DNA from: Thermoplasmata archaeon
GTDB taxonomy: Archaea; Thermoplasmatota; Thermoplasmata; Lutacidiplasmatales; UBA184
Direction: 5' to 3'
DNA: 64,000 nucleotides
NCBI GenBank assembly: GCA_028864975.1
Contig: JAGWLG010000013.1
Span: 2,618 to 66,617 of the forward strand
A program made the position numbers and the translations under genes. Shown one piece after another: positions 46,906 through 56,436 of the stretch (position 1 is its first letter; each line of letters opens with the position of its first letter). The notes beneath the pieces were generated by a model. The model was given only the letters and a program-made list of their open reading frames with translations. It made no database searches and had not been told where the DNA came from.

Positions 46906-47301
46906 TCAGAGAAGGCGGACGTTACGTCCCTCTTCGCGCAGGACCTCCCTCTCGGCGATCCGTGCGAGCTTGAACGATACGCTTCGACCGGCGCCCCGAC
47001 GGCGGCGGGCCCCCCTCGCGAAGAACCCCGCCAAGACGCAGATGTCCGCGGGAACACATAGGTGGGTTCCGGCCCTGGCGACTCCTTCGTTCGTCACCTG
47101 ATGGCGTGGGAACGCCTCGCTAAGACTTCGCCTGAGCCACCGTGCCTCCGGCCCCGTCAGGTTCAGCTTGACAAGATGGTCGCTTTCGGCCAGCATCTCC
47201 TTGTAGGTCATCTCGAGATAGGACTTCTGAGGCATCGAGAGCACCATGGCTTCCGAGGGGACATCTGTTTCGGTCCTCCTCGGAGGTGAAAGGTGACCCA
47301 A
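46906..47301 (-). CDS. Hypothetical protein
   Basis: 131 aa in locally less GC-rich DNA, with protein-like composition in the first half (MPQKSYLEMTYKEMLAESDHLVKLNL). I did not recognise a family. Confidence 0.35.
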   Translation of the reverse strand: MGHLSPPRRTETDVPSEAMVLSMPQKSYLEMTYKEMLAESDHLVKLNLTGPEARWLRRSLSEAFPRHQVTNEGVARAGTHLCVPADICVLAGFFARGARRRRGAGRSVSFKLARIAEREVLREEGRNVRLL

Positions 47302-47616
47302 GCGGCGCCGCTACAGGTCGCCCTCCTGGCGTTCCTCCGCGAGGCGCCACGTCCGGACCCCCCGCCCGCCGAGCACGGCCACCAGGAGGACGGCCGCGGT
47401 CAGTCCGAGGTCGATCATCGTCCCCTCAACGGGCGACCAAGTTCGTCGTGGGGAGGAAGCTGGGGCAGCAGGGGCGAGTGGGAGTGAGGAGCGCCGACCC
47501 TCGCGCCAGGAGTGTGGCCACGGCCCGCGCGACAGCCGGCCGCGCGTGGCGGGAAGGGGGAGAGAGCGACCCTACAGGGAGGTCGGGGGCCCCGGCGGCC
47601 CTGGCCGAGGGGTCGG

Positions 47617-48189
47617 CTACGGATTCTGCCAAGGCTCGAGGAGCGGTTCGTCTACGCTGCCGTGCACGTCGACGGAGTTGCTCGATGCCCCGCTGGCACA
47701 AAAGTTCGTGATCGTTCCGTCCGCGGTGAACGACCAGGAGCCGCTCGATCCCGCCCTATCGTAGTTCAACTGGCCACCGTACGATGAGACAGTAAAGTTG
47801 ACGGTCGAACCATCGGAGGTCGACCAATCGAACGAGACGGGTGCGCCATGGGGGTAGTTCGTGACGTAACAAGTGCTGAACGCCGTGCTTCCCGAGATCG
47901 GTACACTGAACGAGAAGGGAGTGTTGACCGGGACGATTGCGGCGAAGACGAAGGCCCCGACCGCGACTGCCACTACCACAACGGCGCCCAAGTGAATCTT
48001 GCGTCCCGAAGGCCTACCTGTCCCGACTCCGGTGAAGGGCTTCTCACTCTGAGGTTCCACGATTCCATCGCCCCCGCCCTGCTCGCGGGCCTCGTTCGCT
48101 CTCGGACCGAGGCTCGCGCCGCACGCACTGCACGATGGCGCATCGCCAAAGTTCGCGTTGCCGCAGGCAGGGCAGATGTGTACGCTCAC
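47617..48189 (-). CDS. Zinc-ribbon / single-TM / beta-rich ectodomain protein
   Basis: The GTG at 48189 overlaps the upstream stop (GTGA). The N-terminus is VSVHICPACGNANFGDAPSCSACGASLG, the TM is LGAVVVVAVAVGAFVFAAIV, and a Ser/Thr-rich beta domain follows. Confidence 0.7.
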   Translation of the reverse strand: MSVHICPACGNANFGDAPSCSACGASLGPRANEAREQGGGDGIVEPQSEKPFTGVGTGRPSGRKIHLGAVVVVAVAVGAFVFAAIVPVNTPFSFSVPISGSTAFSTCYVTNYPHGAPVSFDWSTSDGSTVNFTVSSYGGQLNYDRAGSSGSWSFTADGTITNFCASGASSNSVDVHGSVDEPLLEPWQNP

Positions 48190-48773
48190 GGCTCTTCCTC
48201 GGCGTGCAAGTGGATGAAGCTCGGCGCGTCGGAGTCCGAGGAGGGGAGGGGCGGATCTTGCCCGGCCGTCCCACTCCCAGGAGGCGCCGTCGCCTCGCTC
48301 GCCTGAGCTGCGGCAAACACCTGGTCGTAGAGTTCTTGGAGTATCTCTTTCCGGGGCGGATAGAAGACCTGCTGCTCCCCGTTCGCCAGCGTGAGGAGGA
48401 GGACGGGCCGGAGCTCGAGGAGTGATTTTTGGATCGAAACCTGAGTAATGTTTTCGAGCGGAATCTCCAGAAGGAAGTCGCTCCGCTGTTGACTGGGTGT
48501 GAAACCGAGGGGGGTGTCGTGGCCCAAGTAGTGTCGAATGCGCCGGTCGGAGAGGACGAAGAGACCCGAGATGTTCTCCATCTGGGAGCCTGCGGCCCCT
48601 GGGTTCATCCATCCAAAGTCGACGAGCCCGGGACGGCCCGTGAACCAGGCCCCCAAGAACTTCTCATCGGAACCAAGGTCCACGATGGCGCGAAACTCAG
48701 AGGGGATGCTGTCCATGGTAGGGATACTGCGGTCTTCGAGACAGGTGGGAGGCCCTCGAACTTCTTCAACCAT
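48186..48773 (-). CDS. Hypothetical protein with PH/GRAM-like fold features
   Basis: 195 aa in less GC-rich DNA. GLFVLSDRRIRHYL...EIPLENITQVSIQKS...LLLTLANGEQQVFY resembles bacterial PH-type domains. An alternative ATG is at 48716. Confidence 0.6.
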   Translation of the reverse strand: MVEEVRGPPTCLEDRSIPTMDSIPSEFRAIVDLGSDEKFLGAWFTGRPGLVDFGWMNPGAAGSQMENISGLFVLSDRRIRHYLGHDTPLGFTPSQQRSDFLLEIPLENITQVSIQKSLLELRPVLLLTLANGEQQVFYPPRKEILQELYDQVFAAAQASEATAPPGSGTAGQDPPLPSSDSDAPSFIHLHAEEEP

Positions 48774-49415
48774 TTGATGGGTAAGAGCTCGTCCAGGATG
48801 TGAGCCGGGCGCCTGTAGCGTGGGTGAGCGGGCGAGCCTCGCGCAGCGGACCTGGCTTCTGGGGCTCCCCGCGTGCGGTCATGGACTGCGCGAGGAGTCC
48901 TCGTCTCCGATGACTACCCCGCGATGTTCAGCGGCGGTTCGCCACCCAAGGACTTCCTGGTCCCACTCAGCTTCCAGGACATCGGCCTCGCGCTTCCGGT
49001 CGACCAGCTCCATGCCGATCCAGTCCCAGTCGGGCTGGTTGGGGGGCAGCCCGGGCCGCGGTCGCCTGCAGCCTCGGAAGTGCGGGGCGAGCTCGTAGCT
49101 CGCGTCCCCGCAGGAGACGTGGGTCCAGGTCGTACGTCACCCGGTACAGCACTGGACCGCAGGTGAAGGACTCGGCGACCCAGCCCGTCACCGGGTCGTC
49201 GCGGGCAGCGAGCAAGCCCCCCGACGGCGGCACGTTCGGCGGGGCGATGTCGACCTCGGCCCCTCAGCCGTTGCAGAGCGCTCGGATGGGGTTGGACATG
49301 GCGGCACCTCCTCACTGGGGGAGGAGGGGTCGCAAGTTTCGCCGGCGTCTCCCCTGCGCGGATATGGCGAGCCGACCACAACCGCCTTGGTCCGCGGCGT
49401 CTCGGGTGGCCCGTG

Positions 49416-49658
49416 ATGGAAGGAACCGCGCCTCCTTCGAAGCCCAAGAAAGAGCCCAAGGTCGAGCCTCCGCGGGTCATGGAGTGCGCGGACTGCCACA
49501 AGAGCTTCGCGAGCAGGTCCGTCTTCCACTGGGACGTGCACCTCCCGGAGGGGGGCTACGTCACCGTCTGCACCCCGTGCTTCGAGAAGAGGGACCAGTC
49601 GAGGATCAGCGCCGAGCGGCGCGAGGCGGACAAGCCTCCGGCCAAGAGGCGGAAGTGA
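49416..49658 (+). CDS. Small Cys4 zinc-binding protein with Lys-rich termini
   Basis: 80 aa with CADCHKSF...VCTPCFEKRD and basic N- and C-terminal tails. Confidence 0.5.
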   Translation: MEGTAPPSKPKKEPKVEPPRVMECADCHKSFASRSVFHWDVHLPEGGYVTVCTPCFEKRDQSRISAERREADKPPAKRRK

Positions 49659-49785
49659 GCACCCGACGGCGGGCATCGGGGACCTTGTCGCCGAGCCCTT
49701 GAAAGGGGACGGGGCTGACCCGGGGCACCTCCTAGGGGGTGGCGAAGCTCTCGTAGGCTCGACGTTCGGTGTTCGACTGGGTGGA

Positions 49786-49818
49786 CATCTTCGTCCTCGT
49801 GGAGGGAGGACGAAGATG
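49786..49818. other. Perfect 13-bp-stem hairpin in an intergenic region
   Basis: The left arm catcttcgtcctc (49786-49798), a 7-nt loop gtggagg, and the right arm gaggacgaagatg (49806-49818). Confidence 0.8.
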
Positions 49819-49976
49819 GCGCGGCTTGGACCCTTACTCGGGTGACGCCTCGCGCTTCGCGCCCCCGGCCAAAGTTACAGGCTCAGCCCCGGGGCGTGGG
49901 AGTGGAGCCGACTGAAAAGTCACGCGCTCGCCTTCGCACGCACAACTATAGGTAGCGCCAAGTTGGTTCTTGAGGC

Positions 49977-50531
49977 GTGGCAACCGCGACGGGCTTCGGG
50001 ACCGTGGTAGTGGTGGCTGCGTTGGTATCGGGGGCCTTACCCGCCCCTGCGGTGACCTCATCGTCGAGCGGTCCGGACAAGGCCGGACAGGGCGCCCCCC
50101 ACCTAGCAGTAGCGGCTTGGGCAAACGAAACCAGTGCCCTCAGCCCAACCTGCAAGGGGACCGGGGGTTGGCTGAACGTAACTCTTCAAGCGCGTGCGTG
50201 GAACGGAACACCGCCCTACACCTTTGCATGGGCTTGGGGAGCCCCCCTGACGACCGTGAAGGGCGAATCAACGTGGTACAACTTCACTGGTGGCAGCTAC
50301 CGGTCAGGGGGGGTGGTGGACTTGAACGTCACTGACTCCGTCGGGTCCTCCCTGCAACACCCGGTTTCCCTCCCATGGGTACCCCCGCCCGGCTGTCCGC
50401 CGGGAGGCAACAGACCTCCATACCTCGCCTTGGAGCTTGTCGGTGCGGCGGCCACAATCTCGATCCTGGCCCTAACACTTGTTCTATGGATCCACAGGGC
50501 AAAGAGACAACCGCCAACCGTTGTTCGATGA
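49977..50531 (+). CDS. Exported, C-terminally anchored protein with a PKD-like module
   Basis: The GTG start has an AACTATAG box about 30 nt upstream. The signal is VVVVAALVSGALPAPA, the PKD-like module is GTPPYTFAWAWG...VVDLNVTDSVG, and the TM is LELVGAAATISILALTLVLWIHRAKR. Confidence 0.65.
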   Translation: MATATGFGTVVVVAALVSGALPAPAVTSSSSGPDKAGQGAPHLAVAAWANETSALSPTCKGTGGWLNVTLQARAWNGTPPYTFAWAWGAPLTTVKGESTWYNFTGGSYRSGGVVDLNVTDSVGSSLQHPVSLPWVPPPGCPPGGNRPPYLALELVGAAATISILALTLVLWIHRAKRQPPTVVR

Positions 50532-51065
50532 ATGGAACTGTTGTCGGTGCGCGTTCGCCGAGCCCTGGGAGAGGCCGAGAACTTCTACCGCGCGCCACCG
50601 ACTTCAAACTCCAAAGGCATGTTACTTCGCGATTCCCGCCTCCAAGGCGGGGTTCGAAGCGACGCCCCAGGAGTTCACGCCGACACGGAGGCTCGGACCG
50701 AGCGCGAGCGCGCTCCACCCTCTCCAAGTCGGGAGCGTGGAGGAGAGGGCGGTGCAATTCGGGGAGACGCGGTCCCTCGTCAGGCGGACGACGGACACCG
50801 TGGGCGTCAGTTCAGCGCACGACCACGGAGGGTCGATGGCGTGTTCGAAGCACGCCAGGTCGCGCGCTCCGCGGCGGCGCAGCGGGGCAGATCGCCCGCG
50901 GTGAGGTTGCCGCTCGCTGTCCGCAGGACCTCGAGGATGGTCTGACCGAGCCCCTCCGCGTTCGCGCCGTGCGACGGGAGGGTCGCCGGTCATCGAGAAG
51001 CGGGCGATGGCCCCAAGGCCGGTGGGAGGGCGGTCAGTTCCGCGCTCGGAACGATGGTCCGTCGG

Positions 51066-52115
51066 CTACGGGAGGACGTACGCTGTGGGCGGGGGAGGTG
51101 GAGCGGGGAGAAGCGTCGCGGGCCTCCCCGGGTCGAGCCCCGCCTCCGCGGCGCGCTGGAGGTCTCGGATCCGCCGGAGCGCCCGCTCGAGGAGCACCAA
51201 GCCGGCACCGATGACCGCGGGGCCAACGGCGCCGACCGCGAACGTCGCTGCGAAGGACACGGGATCCCAGCCCGAAGGGAACCTGACGAAGGTCCAGACC
51301 GCGCCGAGCAAGCCCCCGACGATCTCGCCTGCGACGACGACGACCGTACCTTGGAAGAGCCGACGCCGCTCTTGGAGGTCGGCGCGGCCATGCATCTGGC
51401 GCCGAAGGACGCTCCCCGCGACCGCGGCCCCAACAGCGGCAAGGATCGCCGCAGGGAGGCCGAGAATCAGGGCTTCGTAGTGAAAGACGACGAAGAAAGT
51501 CCACGGTGAGACCACGACGGGCAGCACGAGGAACAGGAGGAGGTCAGAGGACCCCACCAGGAAGCTCGCCAGGCCGAAAACAACCGCGATGCGAAACCCG
51601 CGCAGCGGATCTCGCTCTGGGGGAGCGCCGCCCGCTATTCGTCGCGGGTTCGACCGCTCGACGAGCAGACTGGACCTCCAGAGGATCGCCGCGCCGACCA
51701 AGGGAGCGAGGGTGACACCCACGAAAACAGTTTCGAAGAACCCCCCCTCGATGAGCCACGCCGAGTCGAAGGGGGGTGTCGGAGCGACCAACCATTCCAG
51801 GTACCCCAGCCTGATGACCAGGCCCAGGAGGGTCGAGATGAGCGCCCAACGGACTGCCCTGAGGGTCCGCGACACCGTTGCGAATGATGGCTCCCCCAGG
51901 CGGCCGAAGGGGTCGTCTCGCGGTCGGCGAACGAGCAGAAGGGGGAGTCCAACAGCGAGCAGGGAGATCCCCCAGGTGAGAAGGGCTGGGCCAAGCTCGA
52001 GGCAACTGATCCCCCCCGGGATCTCCGTGCAAACCGGGGCCACCGTCAAGGCGACGCCCGAGAGCAGAAGACCGGCTCCCACCAGGGTCAGTGCACCACC
52101 GATGAGCCGACGCAC
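51066..52115 (-). CDS. Polytopic integral membrane protein, unknown function
   Basis: 349 aa with 8 or more hydrophobic helices. Confidence 0.75.
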   Translation of the reverse strand: MRRLIGGALTLVGAGLLLSGVALTVAPVCTEIPGGISCLELGPALLTWGISLLAVGLPLLLVRRPRDDPFGRLGEPSFATVSRTLRAVRWALISTLLGLVIRLGYLEWLVAPTPPFDSAWLIEGGFFETVFVGVTLAPLVGAAILWRSSLLVERSNPRRIAGGAPPERDPLRGFRIAVVFGLASFLVGSSDLLLFLVLPVVVSPWTFFVVFHYEALILGLPAAILAAVGAAVAGSVLRRQMHGRADLQERRRLFQGTVVVVAGEIVGGLLGAVWTFVRFPSGWDPVSFAATFAVGAVGPAVIGAGLVLLERALRRIRDLQRAAEAGLDPGRPATLLPAPPPPPTAYVLP

Positions 52116-52243
52116 GGAAGGGGGAGCGCTGTTCAGGGGGATGAATCTCGCGGCGTCCCACGCTCTGCGACCAAGAGGGCTTCTCCGCGAACTCAGGACG
52201 CACCGACCGAGGGGTTCATCGGGGAGGAGGCGGTCCGGAGTTC

Positions 52244-52954
52244 GTGGCGGGAGCGTTTGCCTCGCGACGGACGTGGGTCGTCCCGTTGCTCCTCCTGGTC
52301 GCGGGCGGGCTCGCGGTCGCTTCGGTCGCCTTCCCGTTCTGGGAGAACTGGGGAAGGGGGACCGACGGCACCACCAGCGGGTCCACCTGGTCCGTCGACG
52401 GGGCCTGCTACGGGATGGACCCCCCGGGGTGGGCCTGCCAGACCTACCCCCAGTACCTGGCGTACCTCGGGAGTGATGCCCAGTTCATCGAGGTGATGGT
52501 GGCAACCATCTACCTCGCTGGAGGGCTGGCCCTCTCGGGTGCCTTGGTCTCGGCCTTGGCCGCGTCGTTCGTCATCCGGGAAGGACGGCGAGGGCTCACT
52601 AGCGGTCTGAACACGGGGCGGCGGCGGGTCGCGATCCGTGTCGGAGCCATCCTCCTCGTGATGGCCGCGGCCGCCGTCCCGATCGGGGTCGAGGTGTGGC
52701 TCGCCCAGAGCGACGCCCGAGGGCCGGGCAATTGCACGGTGGCGTTCTTCTCGCTTTGCGGGACGGTAGTCGCTACAGCGGGCCCCGGCTGGTTCATGCT
52801 CGTCGCCGCGGCGGCCCTCGGGGCCGCCGCGCTTCTTCAGGTGAGGAGGGAGGCTCGCCGTGCAGGGCCTCCCGAGGTGCCCTCCCCTCCGAAGTCGGAC
52901 CCGCCCGGAGAGGGCCGATCCACGGCGAACGCGGCCGAGTTCTTGCTCCCGTAG
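52244..52954 (+). CDS. Four-TM membrane protein, unknown function
   Basis: 236 aa with a GTG start, four hydrophobic helices and Cys pairs in the first loop. Confidence 0.65.
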   Translation: MAGAFASRRTWVVPLLLLVAGGLAVASVAFPFWENWGRGTDGTTSGSTWSVDGACYGMDPPGWACQTYPQYLAYLGSDAQFIEVMVATIYLAGGLALSGALVSALAASFVIREGRRGLTSGLNTGRRRVAIRVGAILLVMAAAAVPIGVEVWLAQSDARGPGNCTVAFFSLCGTVVATAGPGWFMLVAAAALGAAALLQVRREARRAGPPEVPSPPKSDPPGEGRSTANAAEFLLP

Positions 52955-53001
52955 ATTCGGGAGCCTCGCGCGACGCGAGTTCGACCCAAGCAGGGCACGT
53001 G

Positions 53002-56000
53002 CTACCCGTTCGGCCGCTCCTGTTGCGGAGCGATCGTCGCCGGGTCGGGAGGGGGCGCGTCGGACGGCTCGGGGGTCGGGGGAGGAGAGAGGTCCCTCCT
53101 CCGACGACGCGAGACGAGGAGGAGCGTGAGGATGACCGCAGCGGCGGCGATTGGGAGGACGACCAGAAGGATGCTGGCGGAGGTGGAGAGGCCGAAGAGG
53201 GAGAAATGCGGTGGGGCGGGGGGGGGACAGGTGGCCGCTACTACTTGGACGGTCAGGTTTGCCCAAGCATGCAGGCCGCGCGCGTCGGTAACGAAGAGGC
53301 TCGCGGTCAAGGGCCATCTTTGAAACGTGTGGGTGACGTTCCTTCCGATGACGGCGTTGCCCCCGTCGCCGAAGCTCCACGCGAAGGTGTACGGGGGCAC
53401 GCCACCACGCGCGTTGCCCGAGACGGTCGCGGTCTCAGGGCTCTCAGAGCACACGGCCCCTCCTATCCAGGTGTAGTTCGCGAACGCGACGAGGGGGGGC
53501 GGGGCTGAGAGTGGGGGAAGTACCTCGATGACCTGACCCGCGGTCTGGTTGGAGAAGACGTCGAGCGAGTCTTCCACGAGGAGGAAGTAGGTGTAGTTCC
53601 CAGTGTGGACGAAATGGACGCTGCTGGGCCCGCAGGGGAGACCGGGTAGGAAGCCAGTCCCATTCGGGAACCAAAGGCAGTAGTAGGGTGGGGTTCCACC
53701 CGATATGGTCGGGTCGAACTCGACCGACCCACCCACGCGGACCGATGTCCTGTTCAAGGTGAATCCCGCCGTGATGGGGAGCGCTCCATTGCGCGTGAAG
53801 TGGAGAGCAATGCTAGCGTAGTCCGCGATGCTCACGTTGAGCCACGGGGTCGTGAATGACTCGAGGGAACCGTTCCCGGTGTTCACGAACCAGTTCCAGA
53901 AGGTGTATCCTGCACATGGAAGTGCGTGGGCGGGGTAGGTCCCTGCCCAGAACTTCGAGGAGGACCCGTTGGGCATCAGGGACCCATTGAACTCCAGCGA
54001 GTTGCAGGCAGCCGGGGTGACAAAGAAGCTGGCCGTCAGACGAGTCGCGGTCCCTTGCCAATAGACGGCCTCGACCGTACCGTTGCCGTAGACCTGGATG
54101 GCGACGGGATCGACCGAGCTCGTCCCGGACCAGCTCATCGACCCCTGGTGGAACTGCCAGATCCACCCGTGGAAGACGTAACCGGGGCAATTGGGGGCGA
54201 AGGCGGTGTAGTTGCTACGGGTGAAGAGGCCCCACGAGTCGTTGGCCACGAGAGAACCGTTGAACGTCCATGTACACGTCGAGGGCTGCGCCAGGAACGT
54301 CACGTTATGGGGAGCGAGAGCCGTGGGGACGTAGACGACTGTCACGGATCCATTCCCCCGCACCCAAAGGGTAGAGGGGTTCTGGGTCGAGACGCGGGCC
54401 ACGCCCGAGACATTGGTCTCGAACTCCTTGAATACCTGCCCGGAGCACGTCGGCGCGAAGGCCGTGTAGTTCCCGAAACTGAAGGAGCCAGTAGACGCGT
54501 TGGTCCTCGAGGACCCGTTGAAGTCCATGGCACACCAGACCGGGACGTCGTAGAACGCCACGGTCGCTTTGGGCGGGGGAGAAGCAATGATCGAGACCGG
54601 CACCGCCGTGCTCTGAACGGTGAGTCCGTTGAGCGTCGCGTTGACAAAGAGGTAGGTGGTACCCGCGGTGGTCCCCGCCGTGAACTTCACGACGCTCCCT
54701 GTGGTCGCGTTGAAGTACCCGAGCGGGCCGTTCGTGGACCACGAATAGGTCGTGCCCGAGGGGCAGGCTCCGCCGGAGCAGGAGGTGGTGGCGGTGAAGG
54801 ATTGCGAGCCTCCCAGGGCGAGCGCCGCCGAGGAAGGGGAAACCGACACCGATGCGAGGCCAGCAAAGATGGTGACCTGGACAGGGGTACTTTGGACGAT
54901 CACCCCTTTGAGCGTGGCGTTCAGGAAGAGGTAGATGACGCCCGCAGTCCCTCCTGCCGTGAACCTCACGACGCTCCCAGTGGTCGAGTTGAAGCTCCCG
55001 AGCGGGCGGTTCGTGGACCACGAATAGGTCGTGCCGGGAGGGCACGGACTGCCGGCACAGGAGGGAGAACCGGTGAAGGTCTGAGAGGCACCGGTAGCCA
55101 GGGAAGCGGTCGGTGGCGAGACCGAGACCGACTTCAGCATGGGAGGAGGCACCCAGCCGAGGACGTAGACGCAGTTGCACGATCCTCCGGGCACATACAG
55201 GTAGCGGTTGGCGGAGTCGTACGTTCCACCGAACGGGGTGAACGCTCCTCCGAACGATAGGTTCTCGACCAATGTCGTACCGTTGAGGATCTGGACGAGA
55301 CCGGTCGCCTCGAGGTCGAGAATCGTCTGGTTGGCCGGGTAGTACAGCAAGTCGGTGGCGAAGTCCCACATCGTGACCCCTGTGTCTATCTTGGAGCCGT
55401 TGAGCAGAATGACGGTCTTCCCGTTCGGGCCGAGGGCGCCACTGCTTGCGAGGTACATGAGTCGGGTTGCAGCGTCGTAGACGATGGAGTCCGGGGTGTA
55501 CCCCGAGCCGAACCTTAGGTACGTCCCAGACGTATGGTTCAGGAACATCACGGCTGGACAGCCCGCGTCCGCGTCGACGGTCGAGTGGCCCACATCGAAT
55601 GCGAACGGTCCTGACCCGTCGCACGTGAGAAGACCACCGGTGGGGTCGCCTATCGTAGCCACGTAGGTCGTTCGGTTGACGACATACCAGCAGTCGGAGA
55701 TGTAGGCGCTTGCGTACACCCAACCATCCCTTGCGTCGTACGAGAGGTAGTCCGTCAGGCAGCCCCCGGGGGGGAGCGAGACCGTGGCCACCAGACTCGT
55801 GCCTTGCAAGACGCTGAGGTTCGTGTAGGTCTCGTGCGAGACATACGTGAGGCCGTTCACGGGGTCGAAGAGGACCTGGAAGGGGTTGGGCGCGGTCCGA
55901 AGCCATATCGTCGCGAGGATGGTGGTACGATTGATGACCACCACGTCGTTGCTACTGAAGTTCGGTAGGTAGACGTACCCTGTACGAGCATCGCACGCGA

Positions 56001-56373
56001 TGACCGAGGAGTTGAAACCCAGGGAGATAGTGGCCGCGACCGAGGTCCCGTTCAGGACAGAAACGCTGTTCCCCTGTCCATCCGCGACGTAGACCTCGTT
56101 GTCCAAGGGATCCAAGCAACTGCCGGCGGGACTGGGACGGGTTGTTATGGTGGCCACGACGCCCAAGCCACCGCCAGCGGCAGAATGGGGTCGAGCCGAG
56201 TGTTGGATGGTGCCCGGATTTCGGGAGGCACGACCCGTTTCGGGGTGGAGGTGGTGAGGGTGACTGGGAACTGAGGGCACCGCACCACCTGCCGCCGAGC
56301 CGGGAAGAACGAGGACCGTGAACGCGAGGATTGCAAGTAGCCCTGCGGGCCCGGCTTGAGGGCGCAAGAACAT
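53002..56373 (-). CDS. Very large exported surface protein: YVTN beta-propeller, Ig-like Cys-pair domains, repeated beta modules, PKD-like domains, C-terminal TM
   Basis: The signal is LLAILAFTVLVLPGSAAG. Propeller repeats include YVADGQGNSVSVLNGTS and YVSHETYTNLSVLQGTS. Two Ig-like modules carry SCAGSPCPPGTTYSWSTN and SCSGGACPSGTTYSWSTN. Beta modules have F-x-W motifs, a PKD-like module is PPYTFAWSFGDGG, and the TM is ILLVVLPIAAAAVILTLLLVSRRRRRD. Confidence 0.9.
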   Translation of the reverse strand: MFLRPQAGPAGLLAILAFTVLVLPGSAAGGAVPSVPSHPHHLHPETGRASRNPGTIQHSARPHSAAGGGLGVVATITTRPSPAGSCLDPLDNEVYVADGQGNSVSVLNGTSVAATISLGFNSSVIACDARTGYVYLPNFSSNDVVVINRTTILATIWLRTAPNPFQVLFDPVNGLTYVSHETYTNLSVLQGTSLVATVSLPPGGCLTDYLSYDARDGWVYASAYISDCWYVVNRTTYVATIGDPTGGLLTCDGSGPFAFDVGHSTVDADAGCPAVMFLNHTSGTYLRFGSGYTPDSIVYDAATRLMYLASSGALGPNGKTVILLNGSKIDTGVTMWDFATDLLYYPANQTILDLEATGLVQILNGTTLVENLSFGGAFTPFGGTYDSANRYLYVPGGSCNCVYVLGWVPPPMLKSVSVSPPTASLATGASQTFTGSPSCAGSPCPPGTTYSWSTNRPLGSFNSTTGSVVRFTAGGTAGVIYLFLNATLKGVIVQSTPVQVTIFAGLASVSVSPSSAALALGGSQSFTATTSCSGGACPSGTTYSWSTNGPLGYFNATTGSVVKFTAGTTAGTTYLFVNATLNGLTVQSTAVPVSIIASPPPKATVAFYDVPVWCAMDFNGSSRTNASTGSFSFGNYTAFAPTCSGQVFKEFETNVSGVARVSTQNPSTLWVRGNGSVTVVYVPTALAPHNVTFLAQPSTCTWTFNGSLVANDSWGLFTRSNYTAFAPNCPGYVFHGWIWQFHQGSMSWSGTSSVDPVAIQVYGNGTVEAVYWQGTATRLTASFFVTPAACNSLEFNGSLMPNGSSSKFWAGTYPAHALPCAGYTFWNWFVNTGNGSLESFTTPWLNVSIADYASIALHFTRNGALPITAGFTLNRTSVRVGGSVEFDPTISGGTPPYYCLWFPNGTGFLPGLPCGPSSVHFVHTGNYTYFLLVEDSLDVFSNQTAGQVIEVLPPLSAPPPLVAFANYTWIGGAVCSESPETATVSGNARGGVPPYTFAWSFGDGGNAVIGRNVTHTFQRWPLTASLFVTDARGLHAWANLTVQVVAATCPPPAPPHFSLFGLSTSASILLVVLPIAAAAVILTLLLVSRRRRRDLSPPPTPEPSDAPPPDPATIAPQQERPNG

Positions 56374-56436
56374 CGTCTGGCCTGATACCGATCCGCCGCT
56401 ATTTGGTCCCTCTCCCGAGCGACCTTTGCTCAGCGC

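Noticed and set aside
48879-49233. A possible frame-shifted small gene on the minus strand (MPPSGGLLAARDDPVTGWVAESFTCGPVLYRVTYDLDP… in one frame, …PNQPDWDWIGMELVDRKREADVLEAEWDQEVLGW… in another).
   Set aside because: It requires an assumed frameshift, matches no recognisable family, and all listed ORFs in this stretch have poor composition.
50622-50993. A 123-aa minus-strand ORF, and an alternative frame that together look like a frame-shifted gene remnant (…HGANAEGLGQTILEVLRTASGNLTAGDL… then …DLACFEHAIDPPWSCAELTPTVSVVRL…).
   Set aside because: Neither frame has a credible start. The N-terminal third of the listed ORF is Arg-rich junk, and I recognised no family. It may be a pseudogene, but this is not supportable.
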